DNA from: Felis catus
Lineage: Eukaryota
Assembly: GCF_018350175.1 (NCBI RefSeq)
Contig: NC_058369.1
Location: 5,210,001-5,274,000 of the forward strand
Length of the DNA: 64,000 bases
Reading direction: 5' to 3'
Of this stretch, positions 35,192 to 48,554 are shown in pieces (the first letter of the stretch is position 1; the number at the start of each line of letters is the position of its first letter). Under the pieces are notes generated by a model, which worked only from the letters and a program-made list of their open reading frames with translations, was not told the origin of the DNA and searched no databases. The position numbers and the translations under genes were made by a program.

Positions 35192-35310
35192 TCCCAAGCA
35201 GGCTCTGTGCCATCAGCATGAGGCCTGATGCGGGGCTTGAACTCATGAACTGTGAGATCATGACCTGAGCCAAAATTGGATGCTCAACAGACTAAGCCAC
35301 CCAGGCACCA
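34515..35310 (-). mobile_element. Old L1 3' fragment followed by a CAN-SINE with a long (GA)n tract (about 35139-35185)
   Basis: Minus ORF 34913-35197 contains IELPYDTAILFLGIYPKE (L1 ORF2 C-terminus); SINE at about 35075-35310. Confidence 0.85.
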
Positions 35311-35669
35311 CCCCCCCACCTTTTTTTTTAAACACCCTGACTCATGTCAGTCATTGATTGAGGGATCTGCTCCATTGCTAACCTGCCTTGTGAGCACAGA
35401 GGACTCTGGTGGCCAGAGAAAGCCCTCAGGTAGAGAAACTCAGGTGCTGACAATGGGAAGTTCTGTTGAGCATGAGTGGTGCTGGTGGCTGAGGCTGGAT
35501 GTGTGTGGGGCAGACACTGCAAGCATCTGTGTTCAGCAGTAGGAGGGGTGGGCAGTGGAGGCTAACAGCGCTATTCTGCTGACCACAGCATCTGAGACAT
35601 CGTAAGGGCTTAAGGAATATTTCTTGAATGAATGAGTACATGAATGGAATGATCCTGTGTGCTCTGCAG

Positions 35670-35789
35670 GTCTCTGTCCCAAGTGCCCTGAAAATGCCAG
35701 CTGCTCCAACAGTACCCACTGTGCTTGTAAAGATGGATTTCAGTCCGTGTCTGGGAGGAAGTACATTGAGCCCCATGAGAAGTGTGAAG
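35670..35789 (+). CDS. ADGRE4: ADGRE4 exon 3, EGF-like domain 1 ([39 protein letters not shown])
   Basis: Acceptor ctgcAG, donor GTAATG; 120 nt, phase 1/1; six cysteines. Confidence 0.95.
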
Positions 35790-36419
35790 GTAATGATGGA
35801 ATCCACATCATCCTGGAATCCCTGGACGAGGCAGGGGCATGTGTTCTATGGGTGTGCCAGTGACGTAAAGATGAAGTCGTGCTACAGGATGGAAATGTCA
35901 GGGCTGTCTCAGTGCCCCTAGAGAAGTCCCTACCCTTTGTGTCCCCCTCACTCTCTCTGAGGCTGGCTTCATGTTTTTCTTTAGAGGAAGGTAGAGTTCC
36001 CAGGACCCTTGACGTTTCAAGCACTGGTTTTTGTTTGTTTGTCTGAGAATCCACAGGGGTGGGGACCATGTCTGTTTTGTTCATTGCTGTATGCTGAGGA
36101 CAGAGAATAATGTCACATAACAGAGACCCAATAAAAATGTGTAGTCCAAGAGAACAAATGAATAGCTTACCATCTTGACAATATCTTCCATGATCTGGCC
36201 CCAGCTTAGTATTTCAGTTTCCCTTTTCACAACTCCCTTCTGTTCCAGCCTAAATAAGCCTTTCTCGTTTCCACAAATTCTAAAGGTCTATTTGAGTACA
36301 CCAAAGACAAAAACCGCTCCTGAATATCTGACCGGTAGAGACGGATAACGGCTTGGTGGAGTTGTGTAAATTCAGAAGGCAAAGCGAACCATGGTAGACT
36401 ACTTAGGATTTACTCTATT

Positions 36420-37750
36420 TTGTTGTGGCAAAATATATGCGATGTAAAATGTACCATTTTAACCATTTTGGGGTGTATCTTTCAGAAGCACTAAATACAT
36501 GCATATTGTTGTGCAACCATCCCCACTGTCCATCCCTAGAACCTGTTCAATTGCCCAAACCGAGATTCCGTTCTCTTGAAACAGACTCCCCACCCCCTCC
36601 CCCACCCCTGGCTCCCACCATCTACTCTCTGTCTCTGTGGATGGGACTCCTCTAGGGACCTCCTGTGAGTGAAATCAGACGATACAGGATTTATTTATTT
36701 AAATTAATTTTTTTAATTGTAAAATATACACAACAAAATTTATCATGGTAACTATTTTTTTTTACTTGTGAAACACTTTTTGTTTTTGTTTTTGTTTTGG
36801 TATGTTTTTTTCTTTACTTCAAATTTGTATGTAAATTCCAGTTAGTTGGCATATAGTATAATATCAGTTTCAGGTGTAGGATTTAGTGATTGATCACTTA
36901 CATACAAAACCCAGGGCTCATCCCAACAAGTGCCCTCCTTAATCCCCATCACCCATTTAGCCCATCCCCCAACCCCCCTCCCTCCACCAACGCTCAATTT
37001 ATTCTCTGTCATTAAGAGTGTGTTTTATGGTTTGCCTCTCCTTTTTTCCCCTATGTTCATCTGTTTTGTTTCTTAAATTATACATATGACTGAAATCATA
37101 CGGTATTTGTCTTTCTCTGACTTATTTCACTTAGCATAATTATATATATATACATATATATATCATATAGATAGATATGATATAGATATAGATATCACAT
37201 CTTCTTTATCCCTCCATCAGCTGAGGACATTTGGGCTCTTTCCCTAGCTTGGCTATTATAGATAATGCTGTTACAAATATCAGGATGCGTGTGCCCCTTT
37301 GAATCAGCACTTTTGTTTCCTTTGGGTAAATAGTAGTGTAATTGCTGGTTCATAGGGTAATTCTACTTTTAACTTTTTGAGGAACCTCCACAGTGTTTTC
37401 CAGAGTGGCTGCACCAATTTGAGTTCCCACCAACAGTGTAAGAGTGTTCCCCTTTCCGCATCCTTGCCAACATCTGTTGTTTCCTGTGTTGTTAATTTTA
37501 GCCATTCTGACAGGTGAGAGTCACTATAACTATTCTTAAGTGTACAGTTCACTGAAATTAAGTATATTCACAATGTTGTGCAACGATCCCTACCCTCCAT
37601 CTCCAGGACTTTTTTCATCTTGCAAAACTGAAACTCTGTCCCCACTCAACATTAACTTCCCGTTCTCCTTCCCCAGGCTCCCATGATCATACTTTCTGTC
37701 TCCATTAATTTGACTCCACTAGGGACCTCCTATAAGTGGAATCATAAAAC
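36420..37750 (-). mobile_element. Nested antisense L1 3' fragments
   Basis: Minus ORF 37304-37552 contains [25 protein letters not shown]; repeated L1 3' UTR blocks. Confidence 0.8.
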
Positions 37751-39090
37751 ATTGGATGTATCTATTTTTAAAGCTTTTTAAAACAGCTCAGGGAATTCTG
37801 TATTACCCTTTGCCCAATTCCCCTAAGGTTAGCTAACAATATGACCATACTACAATGATGAAAACCAGGGAATTAATACTGGTCTAATCGTGTTAAATAA
37901 ACCACAGACTTTTTTTTTTTTTTACCAGTTTCACCAATTTTTCTCCCATTGTCCTTTTTTCCTGCTTCAAGAACCATTTCAGGATCCTATTTAGTTGCCA
38001 TGCTCCTGAGACAGCAATCTGTGACAGATATTTGGCCTTTTCTCATCTTCCATGACTTTGACACGTTTGGTAGGACACCAGAGATGCCCTTTTGCACTTT
38101 GCTTTTTTTTCTCGATTAACAGTATATCCTAGAAATTACTCCAATTCATGTAGAGATATTCCCCACTCTTTTACGTAGCTGTGTGGGTAAACCATAGTTT
38201 ATTCAACCCTCTTCTGTGTGTGAGGGCATTTTAGTTGAACACTTAGGCTCTTTCCAATATTTGTGGGAGATGTGTCTTCAGGGTAGAGTCCTGGAGGTGA
38301 GGTGGCTTAGTTAAGAGGTAAGTCCATATGTACCTTGATTAGCTACCCCAAATTTAATTCCAGGAGAGTTGTACCAATTGACATTCCCACCACCATTGCA
38401 TGAAAGCACCTGTCTCCCCACCATCTTGCCGACAGAACATGTTTTCAGAATGCATTGCCAGTATGCTAGGTGAGAAATGGTATCTCAGTAGATTTTTCAT
38501 GGTCATCTCTAATTATGAAACAATTTTTAAAGTCATCTCTATGCTCAATGTAGGGCTTGAACTCACAGCCCTGAGATCAAGAGCCAGCCAGGTGCCCCTA
38601 ATAATGAACAATCTTGAACATTTTATGTTAGAGGATCATTTTTGTATCTTCTTTCTGAATTTTTGTTCACGTCTCTCCCCTATATTTTTTACTGAGTGTT
38701 TCTTTTCTCCCAATTTTTTATTTCTTTAGGTTAGAGATCTGGGTCCCTTGTCAGTAGTATACATGGAGAATATTTTCTCTGTGTTTGTCAATTGTCTTTA
38801 GACTTTGTTTATGTATTTTATTTAGCCATGCAACTAATTTAAAAAAAATTATATAGGCAAATTTACTAAGGAACTTAAGTCTTCATTAAAATGTTTTCCC
38901 CTACACTGAGATCAAAGAATTCACCTCTGTTTAATTCTAGTACTTGTATGGCTCCATTTTTACATTTGAATCTCTGATCCACGTAGAGTTTATTCTTAAG
39001 AATTGTATGAGACCCAGGTCTCATTTTATCTTATTTTTTTAATAAGACCCAGAACCAGGATGAAGGGGAACCCTGTTTAAAGAAGGGAAA

Positions 39091-39126
<36 letters not shown>

Positions 39127-39259
39127 AGGGAAATGTACAAAGGTAAAATGTGCACTTGTTAGACTGTCTGAGACTATTTGGTTCTGCAGCAGAAGACAGA
39201 AAAAAATCCAATGGGATATGTGAAATGCATAAGATGTGTTAAAATAGGTATAAGTAGTG

Positions 39260-39690
39260 GGGTGCCTGGGTGGGTCAGTTGGTTGAACATCTGACTTTGG
39301 CTCAGGTCATGATCTCATGGTTCGTGGGTTCGACCCCACGTCAGGCTCTCTGTTGTCAGTGCTGAGTGAGCTTTGGATCCTCTGTCTCCGTCTCTCTGCC
39401 CCTTCCCCGCTCATGCTCTTTCTCTCAAAAATAAATAAAAACACTTAAAAAAAATAGCTGTAGGGGCCGCCTGGGTGGCGCAGTCGGTTAAGCGTCTGAC
39501 CTCAGCCAGGTCACGATCTCGCGGTCCGTGAGTTCGAGCCCCGCATCAGGCTCTAGGCTGATGGCTCAGAGCCTGGAGCCTGTTTCCGATTCTGTGTCTC
39601 CCTCTCTCTCTGCCCCTCCCCCGTTCATGGTCTGTCTCTCTCTGTCCCAAAAAAATAAATAAACATTGAAAAAAAAAAAAAAGAAAAAAA
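39260..39690 (+). mobile_element. Two tandem CAN-SINEs
   Basis: Second copy flanked by aaaaaaatagctgta. Confidence 0.9.
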
Positions 39691-40735
39691 TAGCTGTAAG
39701 TAGTTAGTGGGTAGAACATGTGTGTGTTAAACATAGAATGGAATGGAGAGAACAACAGTATTCATGAAATAATAAATATACTCAAAGAACGTAGGTGCTA
39801 AATGTTCATAGCACATAAAAGGCATTTGATGCCCAAGATGTACAATATAAACAAAATATACACAAGCACTTAATATTTATGAGGTCTTAACTCAGTTACT
39901 CATTAGTGATAACCATTCTGGCCCATGCACCTTCTACCCAACACACACACCCCTAGACCAATAAAACCCATAATAGACTAATAGGCAAGTTGCAGCTTTT
40001 GGCTAAGTGTGCTTGTCCTGAGTCCTTCCCACAGAGGGAACAAGTGTGAGTCATTGATTGGCTCAGGGCACCTTCCATCTGTGAGTCCCTTTGCTTGAGT
40101 CACAACTCTGGTCCGTCAGATAGATGTGGCAGATAGATGCAGGATGTGTGAATATTGCACGTGCCAGGACTTAGGTAGCAAAAGGTGAGCCTTATGCTTC
40201 ACTTGTACCATTTCTTAAAGGCATGTGCACCTGCCCTATCTCTTTCCCCTTGCTCCTTGCTGTGTGTTTTAAGTTGATATAGCAAACTGTGTGATCCAAG
40301 CATTGAAAGAACCACTCATCCTTCCTTCAGTGTTTTGACATACCACCATCATCAAAGCTCCATATGCACTAGTGTCTGTTGCTGGACTTTTGTCCATTCC
40401 ACTAGCCTACTTCTTGGTTCATGCACCAGCACTCGTTTTATTGAGGCTTTAAAGTGTATTTTAGCATCTAGTAGGGCAAATCCTCACTGCAGAGTTTTTC
40501 TGGCTATTCTTGCATGATTGTATCCACTGCCTTACTCCTTAAAGTCCGGCTAGATGTTTTTCACTAGTTAATTCATAAATCAACTTGAGAAGAACTATCA
40601 CCTCTAGGATACTGAGTCATCTTATCCAAGAACAGGTGTTGTTTATAAATGATGCTGGGTAGTTGAGACTCCATGTACAAGGGAGGATGGTATAGTTTGA
40701 GAACAAAAAAAGTGATGTTTCCTCTTGATTTGCAG

Positions 40736-40885
40736 ATATCGATGAGTGTGAGACTGGTCTGGCAAAGTGCAAGAAGAAATCCTACTGCAGAAATGAAATT
40801 GGAAGTTACTACTGCAGCTGTGTCCCAAATTCTGTCTTCAACTTTGTGGCTGGCTTATTTAAATTAGATTATAAAGAGTGTTATG
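40736..40885 (+). CDS. ADGRE4: ADGRE4 exon 4, calcium-binding EGF domain 2 (DIDECETGLAKCKKKSYCRNEIGSYYCSC...KECY)
   Basis: Acceptor tttgcAG, donor GTAAGG; 150 nt, phase 1/1. Has the DIDEC and CxNxxGSYxC cbEGF consensus. Confidence 0.95.
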
Positions 40886-41189
40886 GTAAGGATTTCCAAA
40901 TACTCTTTCCACTGTGAAAAAGGAGGGGTGAGGGAAGACTTTGAAAGCTCCATTCATTTCAGGCCAGGGTAAGAGAACAGATATGTCCTGGCCCTCGTCC
41001 TGCATCCCCCCCTGTTGTCCCTGGTAATCTTTTCTCAGAAGGCACCACCCAAGCCCCCAGCACCAATCGTCATCCCTGTGTCGCTGCCTTGTAAGAGTAA
41101 GTCTCCTGTCTGGGTCTCTTTCCTGGGCTTCCAAAATGACATCTCTGATTTTCTGCTGGACTTCCCGACTTGTTTCTCCTCTGCTTTAC

Positions 41190-43135
41190 TTTATTTTTTT
41201 AAATTTTTTAATGTTTATTGTTTTTGAGAGCAAGAGAGACACAGAGCAAGCAGGGAAGGGGTATAGAGAGAGGGAGACACAGAATCTGAAACAGGCTCCA
41301 GGCTCAGAGGTGTCAGCACAGAGCCCAACGCGGGGCTCGAACTCATGAACCGCGAGATCATGATCTGAGTCAAAGTCAGATGCTCAACTGATTGAGCCAC
41401 GCAGACGCCCCTCTCCTCTGCTTACTTTAAATTCAGTTTCTATATTTATCTGTCTACATACTAAACCCTGCAAGTTCACATGGACACCTCCAATTCCCAT
41501 CCATCAGGGCTTGCTCTAGCCTTCCCTCTGTCCTTTGTTGTAACTTTCTCTGACACAAGAACCTGGCTCTCGCTCACCAGAATATGCTCATTCTTGTTTT
41601 GAGTTCAATACATTGGACTTCGGACTCTACCACTTAACCAGATGACTTTTGCGTAATGCCCTAACTTCTATATGCCTCACCTGTGAATGGGAATAACAAT
41701 AACAGCTACTGTACGAGTGATGTGTTGCTGCATAGTAAATTACCCCAGTGGTCATGGCTTAAAAGAACACCTATTTTCCTACAGTGTATGTAGGCCAGGA
41801 ATCTGGACATAACTCCCTTGGGCCCTCTGTTCCAAGGTTTCTCACAGCTACGAAGTGTTAGGCAGGGATGCAGTCTCATCTGAAGGCTCATCTGGGGGCG
41901 AATCTGCTTCCAAGCTCACTAATGTGGCTGCTGGCAGGATTCAGTTTTTTATTTTATTTTATTTTTTTTAATTTTTTAACATTTATTTACTTTCGAGACA
42001 GAGACAGAGCATGAATGGGGAGGGTCAGAGAGAGAGAGGGAGACACAGAATCTGAATCTGCTCCGGGCTCTGAGCAGTCAGCACAGAGCCCGACGTGGGG
42101 CTCAAACTCACGAACCGTGAGATCATGACCTGAGCCGAATTCAGCTGCTTAACCGACTGAGCCACCCAGGCGCCCCATGGATTCAGTTTTTTAAAGGCTA
42201 CTGAGTTAAAGGCCTCAGTCCCTTTCTGGTGGCTGGTGAGAAGTTGTCAGCCTCTCTGGCTTGCTTTGCTATAGCAAGCACATAAGAATAGCTGGAAAGA
42301 GAGCGCAAATGAAAGAGAAGTTGAAGTCTTTTATGACCCAGTCTCAGCAGTGACATCCTATCACTTTTGCTGAGTTCTATTCATTAGCAGGGGTCTGATC
42401 AGGGGAGGAGGGATCCAAATGGCAGAGATCACTGAGAGTCCCTTCAGACACCTGCTTATCTCATGTACTGGGTGGAACAGAATCTCTCCAAATTTATGCC
42501 TATCTGGAACCTAGAGACATGATCTTATTTGGAAAGAAAGTCTCTACATATCTAATAAAATCAAAATGAGGTCGTACCAGATGAGGGTGGGCCCTTAATC
42601 CAATATGACTGCTATCCTTATAAGAAGAGGGAAATTTGGGGGTGCCTGGGTGGCTCAGTCAGTTAAGCACCTGACTCTTCATTTTGACTCCTGTCATGAT
42701 TTTGTGGTTCATGAGAGCAAGCCCTGCACTGGGCTCCATGCTGACAGCACAGACTGCTTGGGATTCTCTCTCTCCTCCTCCCTCTGTCCCTCCCCCACTC
42801 ACACATTTTCTCTCTCTCTCAAAAACAGATAAACTTTAAAAAAAAAAAGAAAGAGGGAAATTGGATGTAGAGACACATACACTCAGACATGCAAAGACAG
42901 ACACAGAGGCTGGGGTTCTGCTGCCACGAGCCAAGGAACAGAGAAGATTGCAACCACCAGAAGCTAGAAGAAGCAAAGAAGGACCCTCCTTAGAACCTTC
43001 AGAGAGAGTGTGGCCCTGCCAATAACCCTTGATTTTGGACTTTTAGCCTCCAGAACCATGAAAAAACACATTTCTATTGTTTTAAGCCACCCAGTTTGTC
43101 GTACTTTATCACAGCAGCCTTAGGAAACTAACACA
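41190..43135. mobile_element. Repeat block: CAN-SINEs (- about 41190-41411, - about 41945-42176, + about 42637-42850) within MaLR (MLT1-like) LTR fossils
   Basis: SINE bodies visible; MLT1-type 3' end (gacttttagcctccagaacc...ttttaagccacccagtttg...ggaaactaacaca) recognised from memory. Confidence 0.75.
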
Positions 43136-43793
43136 CCTCACCTACCCATTTTGATTATTAAGATGTGTAAAATACTCAGTTCAGTGCTAGGTACCTAGGA
43201 AGGCTCAATAAATATTAAGTCACATGACCCTGTTCTGGAACCTTCTGTGTTTCTTTACACGAAATAGTGTGTATTAAGGCACTTTATATACCATGTCGTG
43301 TATACAACTGCCCGTACTATTATTGCTTCTATAATATTAACCCAGTTAATACCCATTCCTTCAGGAAGGAAGCCTTCTCTACACCCCACATGTGCTGGAG
43401 CTTCTCTGTGCACTCCCAAGATATCTCATCCTATTAAGAACATGCTGGTACCTTGCGATGACTTACTCATTTTTTTCCATCATTAACCTAGTGACTTTCC
43501 CACCAGACTTCAAACTCCTTTGTCTCCTTATCAACTTCTACCCATAAGGTTCAATACTGTTCTTGGCTTTTAGTAGCTGTGCAAAAAATACTATTGACTG
43601 AATTACTGAACTGGAGGCCCACCCTAAGTCTCTTTTAAATTCTACTGTAGAAGATATTTGGGACTTCTTAGAGGGGGCTTGGGCAAGGATGGGAAGCATC
43701 AGAGAAAGACCCAACTTGAGAGTGTTTGGAAGAGAGATGTGAGCTAGGCATGTTATCTCCCACATCCCACTCAATGGCTACTTTTCTTTTCAG

Positions 43794-43834
43794 AGGCCAC
43801 TGGTGAGGAGATACAGGTCTCAAGGGACATTCAG
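43794..43834 (+). CDS. ADGRE4: ADGRE4 exon 5, short stalk linker (EATGEEIQVSRDIQ)
   Basis: Acceptor cttttcttttcAG, perfect donor CAG|GTGAGT; 41 nt, phase 1/0, which is exactly the phase change needed between exons 4 and 6. Confidence 0.85.
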
Positions 43835-44249
43835 GTGAGTGAGGTGAAGCCTAGGTCTGGGAGACATCTGGCCAATCTTTCCATGTTATTCTCTCATTTA
43901 AATAACTACCATGGTTCCCTCTGCCATTTAGGACACGCCAGCTGTCACATAGGAACGATTTTGTCCTCTCTCCCAGGGTACATCAGAAAACGTCTGGGGA
44001 CATTTCTGATTGTCACAACTAGGGTGCTACTGGCATTGAGTGGGTAGAGACCAGGCATGCTGTTATGCTCCATTATCTGGTCCCAAATGTTAATAGAAAT
44101 TGAGAAGCCATGGGAAAGGCTTTGAGTGCCTCAGCTGTTGTTCAAAGACCAGCACCAGACATCTCGAGTTTCATTCCGCCCCTATCATCACTTCCATCCC
44201 TGTCTTCCTCTGTAAAGCACTCTTCATGAGTTTCAGACACCTCGCCCTT

Positions 44250-44477
44250 TATTTTTTTTTTAATTTTTTTTTTCAACGTTTATTTATTTTTGGGACAGAG
44301 AGAGACAGAGCATGAACGGGGGAGGGGCAGAGAGAGAGGGAGACACAGAATCGGAAACAGGCTCCAGGCTCCGAGCCATCAGCCCAGAGCCCGACGCGGG
44401 GCTCGAACTCACGGACCGCGAGATCGTGACCTGAGCTGAAGTCGGCGCTTAGCCGACTGAGCCACCCAGGCGCCCCC
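44250..44477 (-). mobile_element. Young felid CAN-SINE in ADGRE4 intron 5
   Basis: TSD agacacctcgcccttta on both sides. Confidence 0.95.
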
Positions 44478-44690
44478 AGACACCTCGCCCTTTAGGCCCT
44501 TGTGCTCCCATAAATACAATGGAGTGAACGATTCTCCCCTCACAGGGCTGTGCATGATAAATGCGAAGACAAGCTCCAGGTTGAAAGCACAGAGCTTTGC
44601 CTTCTAGGCTCACCCCACCACACTCAAGTAAATTCCTGCTTTCTTAAGTTCTAGTGCAAGTCTACCTAATTAGCTTTGTTTCTTTGCAAG

Positions 44691-44826
44691 GAAATTCTGA
44701 TGAACAATGGAAGCAAAAATCACATTGCAAAAGTGGCGACCCAAGTGCTCCAAGACATGGAACTGATCGTATGGACTGAGGCTTCAGCTTTTCCAGGAAA
44801 GTATGAGAATTCTACGCTTGGCATAG
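44691..44826 (+). CDS. ADGRE4: ADGRE4 exon 6, GAIN subdomain A (EILMNNGSKNHIAKVATQVLQDMELIVW...STLGI)
   Basis: Acceptor ctttgcaAG (AAG type), donor G|GTAAGA; 136 nt, phase 0/1. Confidence 0.9.
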
Positions 44827-45426
44827 GTAAGAAACAGAGCATTTTCCTTATGACCAAAAAAATTTTATGAGCGTGATCTTTTGTCAGACTTTGTGTTTAT
44901 GTGTTTATGTGATGTGGAGAATTCAAGGGATTTTTCCCAAATGCAGACCTGCTCCAAAGTGACTTTTCTGGGAAAACTTTTAAATGTTTAGCTTCCCTTG
45001 CTTAAAAAAAGTAAGTCCCCCCCCCCCCCATTACCAGGTACTCCAGTATAAGATGATTTAAAATTTGTGATCTTTAAATATTTTTTTTCAATATATGAAA
45101 TTTATTGTCAAATTGGTTTCCATACAACACCCTGATCTTTAAATATTGTATGTAAAGTCTGAGCTTGCTCACCCTAGTTCCAGCTTCAAGAAGCATGGCC
45201 ATCTCCTCTCTTCCCCTGGGTGGCTGTGGCCAGTGCGTGCTGCTTAGGTCATTTTGACCATCTCATCCCTATCAGCCAGAGATGTGGAAGGGAGTGCCAT
45301 CTGGTCTACCTTGCACACAGAAAAGGAAATCACCAGTAGGGTGCCTTTCAAAGAAGGGAGTTAGTTCTTCAACAAATTTCATATGTGTGAGAAGTGAACA
45401 AAGCAGGACTCTCTTAATGTTTCCAG

Positions 45427-45534
45427 TTTATGAAACCAAGAGGTGCAATGACACAAGTGAGAAGACGCTTCTGGAGGCTGGAAATAACACTATGGATATC
45501 AACTGTACTGATGCTTTCAAAGGAACCATAGGAG
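45427..45534 (+). CDS. ADGRE4: ADGRE4 exon 7, GAIN (VYETKRCNDTSEKTLLEAGNNTMDINCTDAFKGTIG)
   Basis: Acceptor tttccAG, donor GTACTG; 108 nt, phase 1/1. YETKRC..LLEAGNNTM matches recalled EMR4. Confidence 0.93.
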
Positions 45535-45939
45535 GTACTGTGTTCAAGTTGGATTCTCCTGACCTCCAAATTCTAGGCACTGTTGTCTCATTTCCAGGTG
45601 GCTGGGGCAGGAGGTGGGGACTTAAAGTTTTTGAGGCAGGGGGGACTCTACATGGTGATCACTAACCAGGCAATTTGAGGGACACACTTGGTGTGTGTAC
45701 TTTATGACACACTGAGGTTCATACAGGTGTCCTTATGCTTCCTTAAAAGGGACAGGCTGATGTATGCTTGGTTTCCATATGATGGTCTGAAAAGACAGCA
45801 CTTGCGGGTGGCAGATGATTGTTGCCTTGAACGCTCTTTCCCTTGAGAAGTACTTTATAATCACCCTATTTTAAATTGTCCCCCAGTCTTGCTCTGTACT
45901 ACAAGTTGGCAAACTTTTTCTGTGAAAGGACCAGGTAGT

Positions 45940-46890
45940 AAATTTTTTTTCTCAAGTTTTTGTTTAAATTCCAGTTAGTTAACATATAGTGTAATATTAA
46001 TTTCAGATGTAGAATTCAGTGACTCATCACACACATGCCCAGTGCTTATCACAAGTTTCCTTCTTAATCCCCATCACCCATTTAACCCATCCCCCTGCCC
46101 ACCTTCCTCCATCAGCCCTCAGTTTGTTTTTCATAGTTAAGAGTCTGTTTTATGGTTTGCCCCTCTTTTTTCTTTTTTCCCCTGTATTCATCTATTTTGT
46201 TTCTTAAATTCCACATGAGCAAAATCATATGGTATTTTTCTTATTCTGGCTGACTTATTTCTCTTAGCATAATACACTGTAGCTCCATTCACGTCTTTCC
46301 AAATGTCAAGATTCCATTCTTCATTCTCATAATATTCCATTATATATATATAGTGCAATTGCTGGATTATAGGGTAATTCTACTTTGAACTTTTGGAGGA
46401 ACCTCCATACTGTTTTCCAAAGTGGCTGCACCAATTTGCATTCCCACCAGCAGTGCAAAAGAGATCCTCTTTCTCCACATCCTCACCAACATCTGTTGTT
46501 GCCTGAGTTGTTCATTTTAGCCATTCTGACAGGTGTGAGGTGGTATCTCATTGTGGTTTTGATTTGTATTTCCCTGATGGTGAGTGATGTGGAGCATCTT
46601 TTCATGTGTTTGTTGGTCATCTGTATATCTTCTTTGGAAAAATGTCTGTTCGTGTTTTCTGCCCATTTTTTAACTGAATTTTATTTTCTGGGTGTTGAGT
46701 TTGATAAGTTCTTTATAGATTTTGGATACTAACCCTTTATCTGATATGTCATTTGCAAATATCTTCTCCCACTCTGTAGGTTGCCTTTTAGTTTTGTTGA
46801 TTGTATCCTTGCAGAGATTGTATCACTGTGCAGAGATTTTTTATTTTGTGAAATCCCAATAGTTTATTTTTGCTTTTGTTTCCCTGGCCT
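45940..46890 (-). mobile_element. Antisense carnivore L1 3' fragment inserted in a MER58-like element
   Basis: Reverse complement of L1 ORF2 C-terminus and 3' UTR; MER58-like halves at about 45900-45940 and about 46905-47060. Confidence 0.85.
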
Positions 46891-47554
46891 TGCTTAGGCA
46901 AGGTGATCTTTGTTATAACTACTCAAGCCTGACGTTGTAGTGGGAGAGCAGCGATAGACAATATGTAAATAAAAGGGCATGATAGTGTGCTAATAAAACT
47001 TTATGTACAACAACCAGTAGTAGGCTGGATTTGACTCTCAGGTCATAGTTTGTCACCCCTCCTTTATTCCATCATCTTATTTAAATTTCCGCACAGAATC
47101 CACACTATGTAATATTTTCTTAATTAGTTTGTTGCTCATCTCCTGCTATAATATCAGCTCTCTGATGGCAGGAACTCAGCCTCTTTTCTTCATTGTTGTA
47201 TCATAATGCCTAAAACACTATCTGGCACACACTAGATGCTCAATAAATATTTGAATGAACGAATGAATAAATTAATGAATGAATGCATGAAAAAATATTT
47301 CAAAGAGAAAGACCTGGTTCTCTGGAGAGAGTGAAATACCAGCTGCATGTTCTTCAGAAAACCCCCAGCTTTCCACAGTGATTAATCTTCACTCCTTATT
47401 ATGAGCTGTCTGATGGAGAAGGGAGAGGGAAAAGATCTTAAAATGAGTTGATTTTTTAAATGGAGTAAATAATAATATAGGTGGTAAGTGGATTTGACTA
47501 AAACTGGGATGGTGGCTGATGAATAATTGCAGTTTAAGAAATGTTACATCATGT

Positions 47555-47765
47555 GGGGTACCTGGGTGGCTCAGTTAGTTAAGCGTCCAGCTCTTGATTT
47601 CAGCTCAGGTCAAGATCTCATGGTTCATGGGATCAAGCTCTGCATCAGGCTCTGTGATGGCAGCATGGAGCCTGCTTGGCATTCTCTGTCTCCTCTCTGC
47701 CCCTCCCCGACTCATGCTCACATGCACTCTTTCTCAACATAAATAAAGAAACCTTAAAAAAAGAA
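47555..47765 (+). mobile_element. Older CAN-SINE
   Basis: Flanking repeat aagaaat(gt/ac)tacatcatg. Confidence 0.88.
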
Positions 47766-48369
47766 ATACTACATCATGCTACGGAGCATCATATGTGCAT
47801 TTACCTTCTGTGAATTAAATTATTTTTGCATGAAAAAAGGAGGGGAAGAGGATGGGAGGGAGAGAAAGAGAGAGAAACAGAAAGAGGGAAGAATGAGAGA
47901 ATGAATTAAATAGAATGCATCATCCTGCATATCTTCCCATACTTTTCTAAATTGGATATCCCAGAGTGAGCTTGAGATGGACAATGGGAAGGTGTGGTTT
48001 TCTCATCCTACCTGAGTGCCACCTGCCTTTCTGAGGACAAACATCTGACCTCATGGGTCTGATTTTGATATCTAAGTGCTCATGTATATTTTTACAATAC
48101 ATCACTGGATATGTTGCATGTATATCTCTTGTGTGTGGTGCATTATAATATGTATTAATTATGTATGCATGTGTATTAATATGTACTACATATACAAAGT
48201 GCTATACCCGAAACCACACATAATGTATTGATGGGGCAACATAGGAGCTTTCCAAGGGCAATTTTGACTGTATGTAACGTTTGCCTTATGACTCTCACAC
48301 AAGATACTAGTGTACCAATTTCCCATAATATGGATGCTTTCTAAAGCGATTTCTCTTCTGTTTTCTCAG

Positions 48370-48554
48370 ATAGAAGTGCAGTTGCACTTATCACTTATCA
48401 ATCTCTTGGGGATATTCTGAATGGATCTTTTTTTAATGATGGAAGAGGGACACAGGAAGTGAAACTGAACTCTCGTGTCACAAGTGGCACCATTGGTATG
48501 AAGGAAAAAGTATATCTCTCTGAACCTGTGTTCCTGACCTTCCAAAATATACAG
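48370..48554 (+). CDS. ADGRE4: ADGRE4 exon 8, GAIN (DRSAVALITYQSLGDILNGSFF...LSEPVFLTFQNIQ)
   Basis: Acceptor ttttctcAG, donor CAG|GTGAGC; 185 nt, phase 1/0, open frame. Not in the ORF track. Confidence 0.93.

Noticed and set aside
46385..46732. 115-aa hydrophobic ORF
   Set aside because: Antisense reading of the L1 ORF2 C-terminus, a common annotation artefact.
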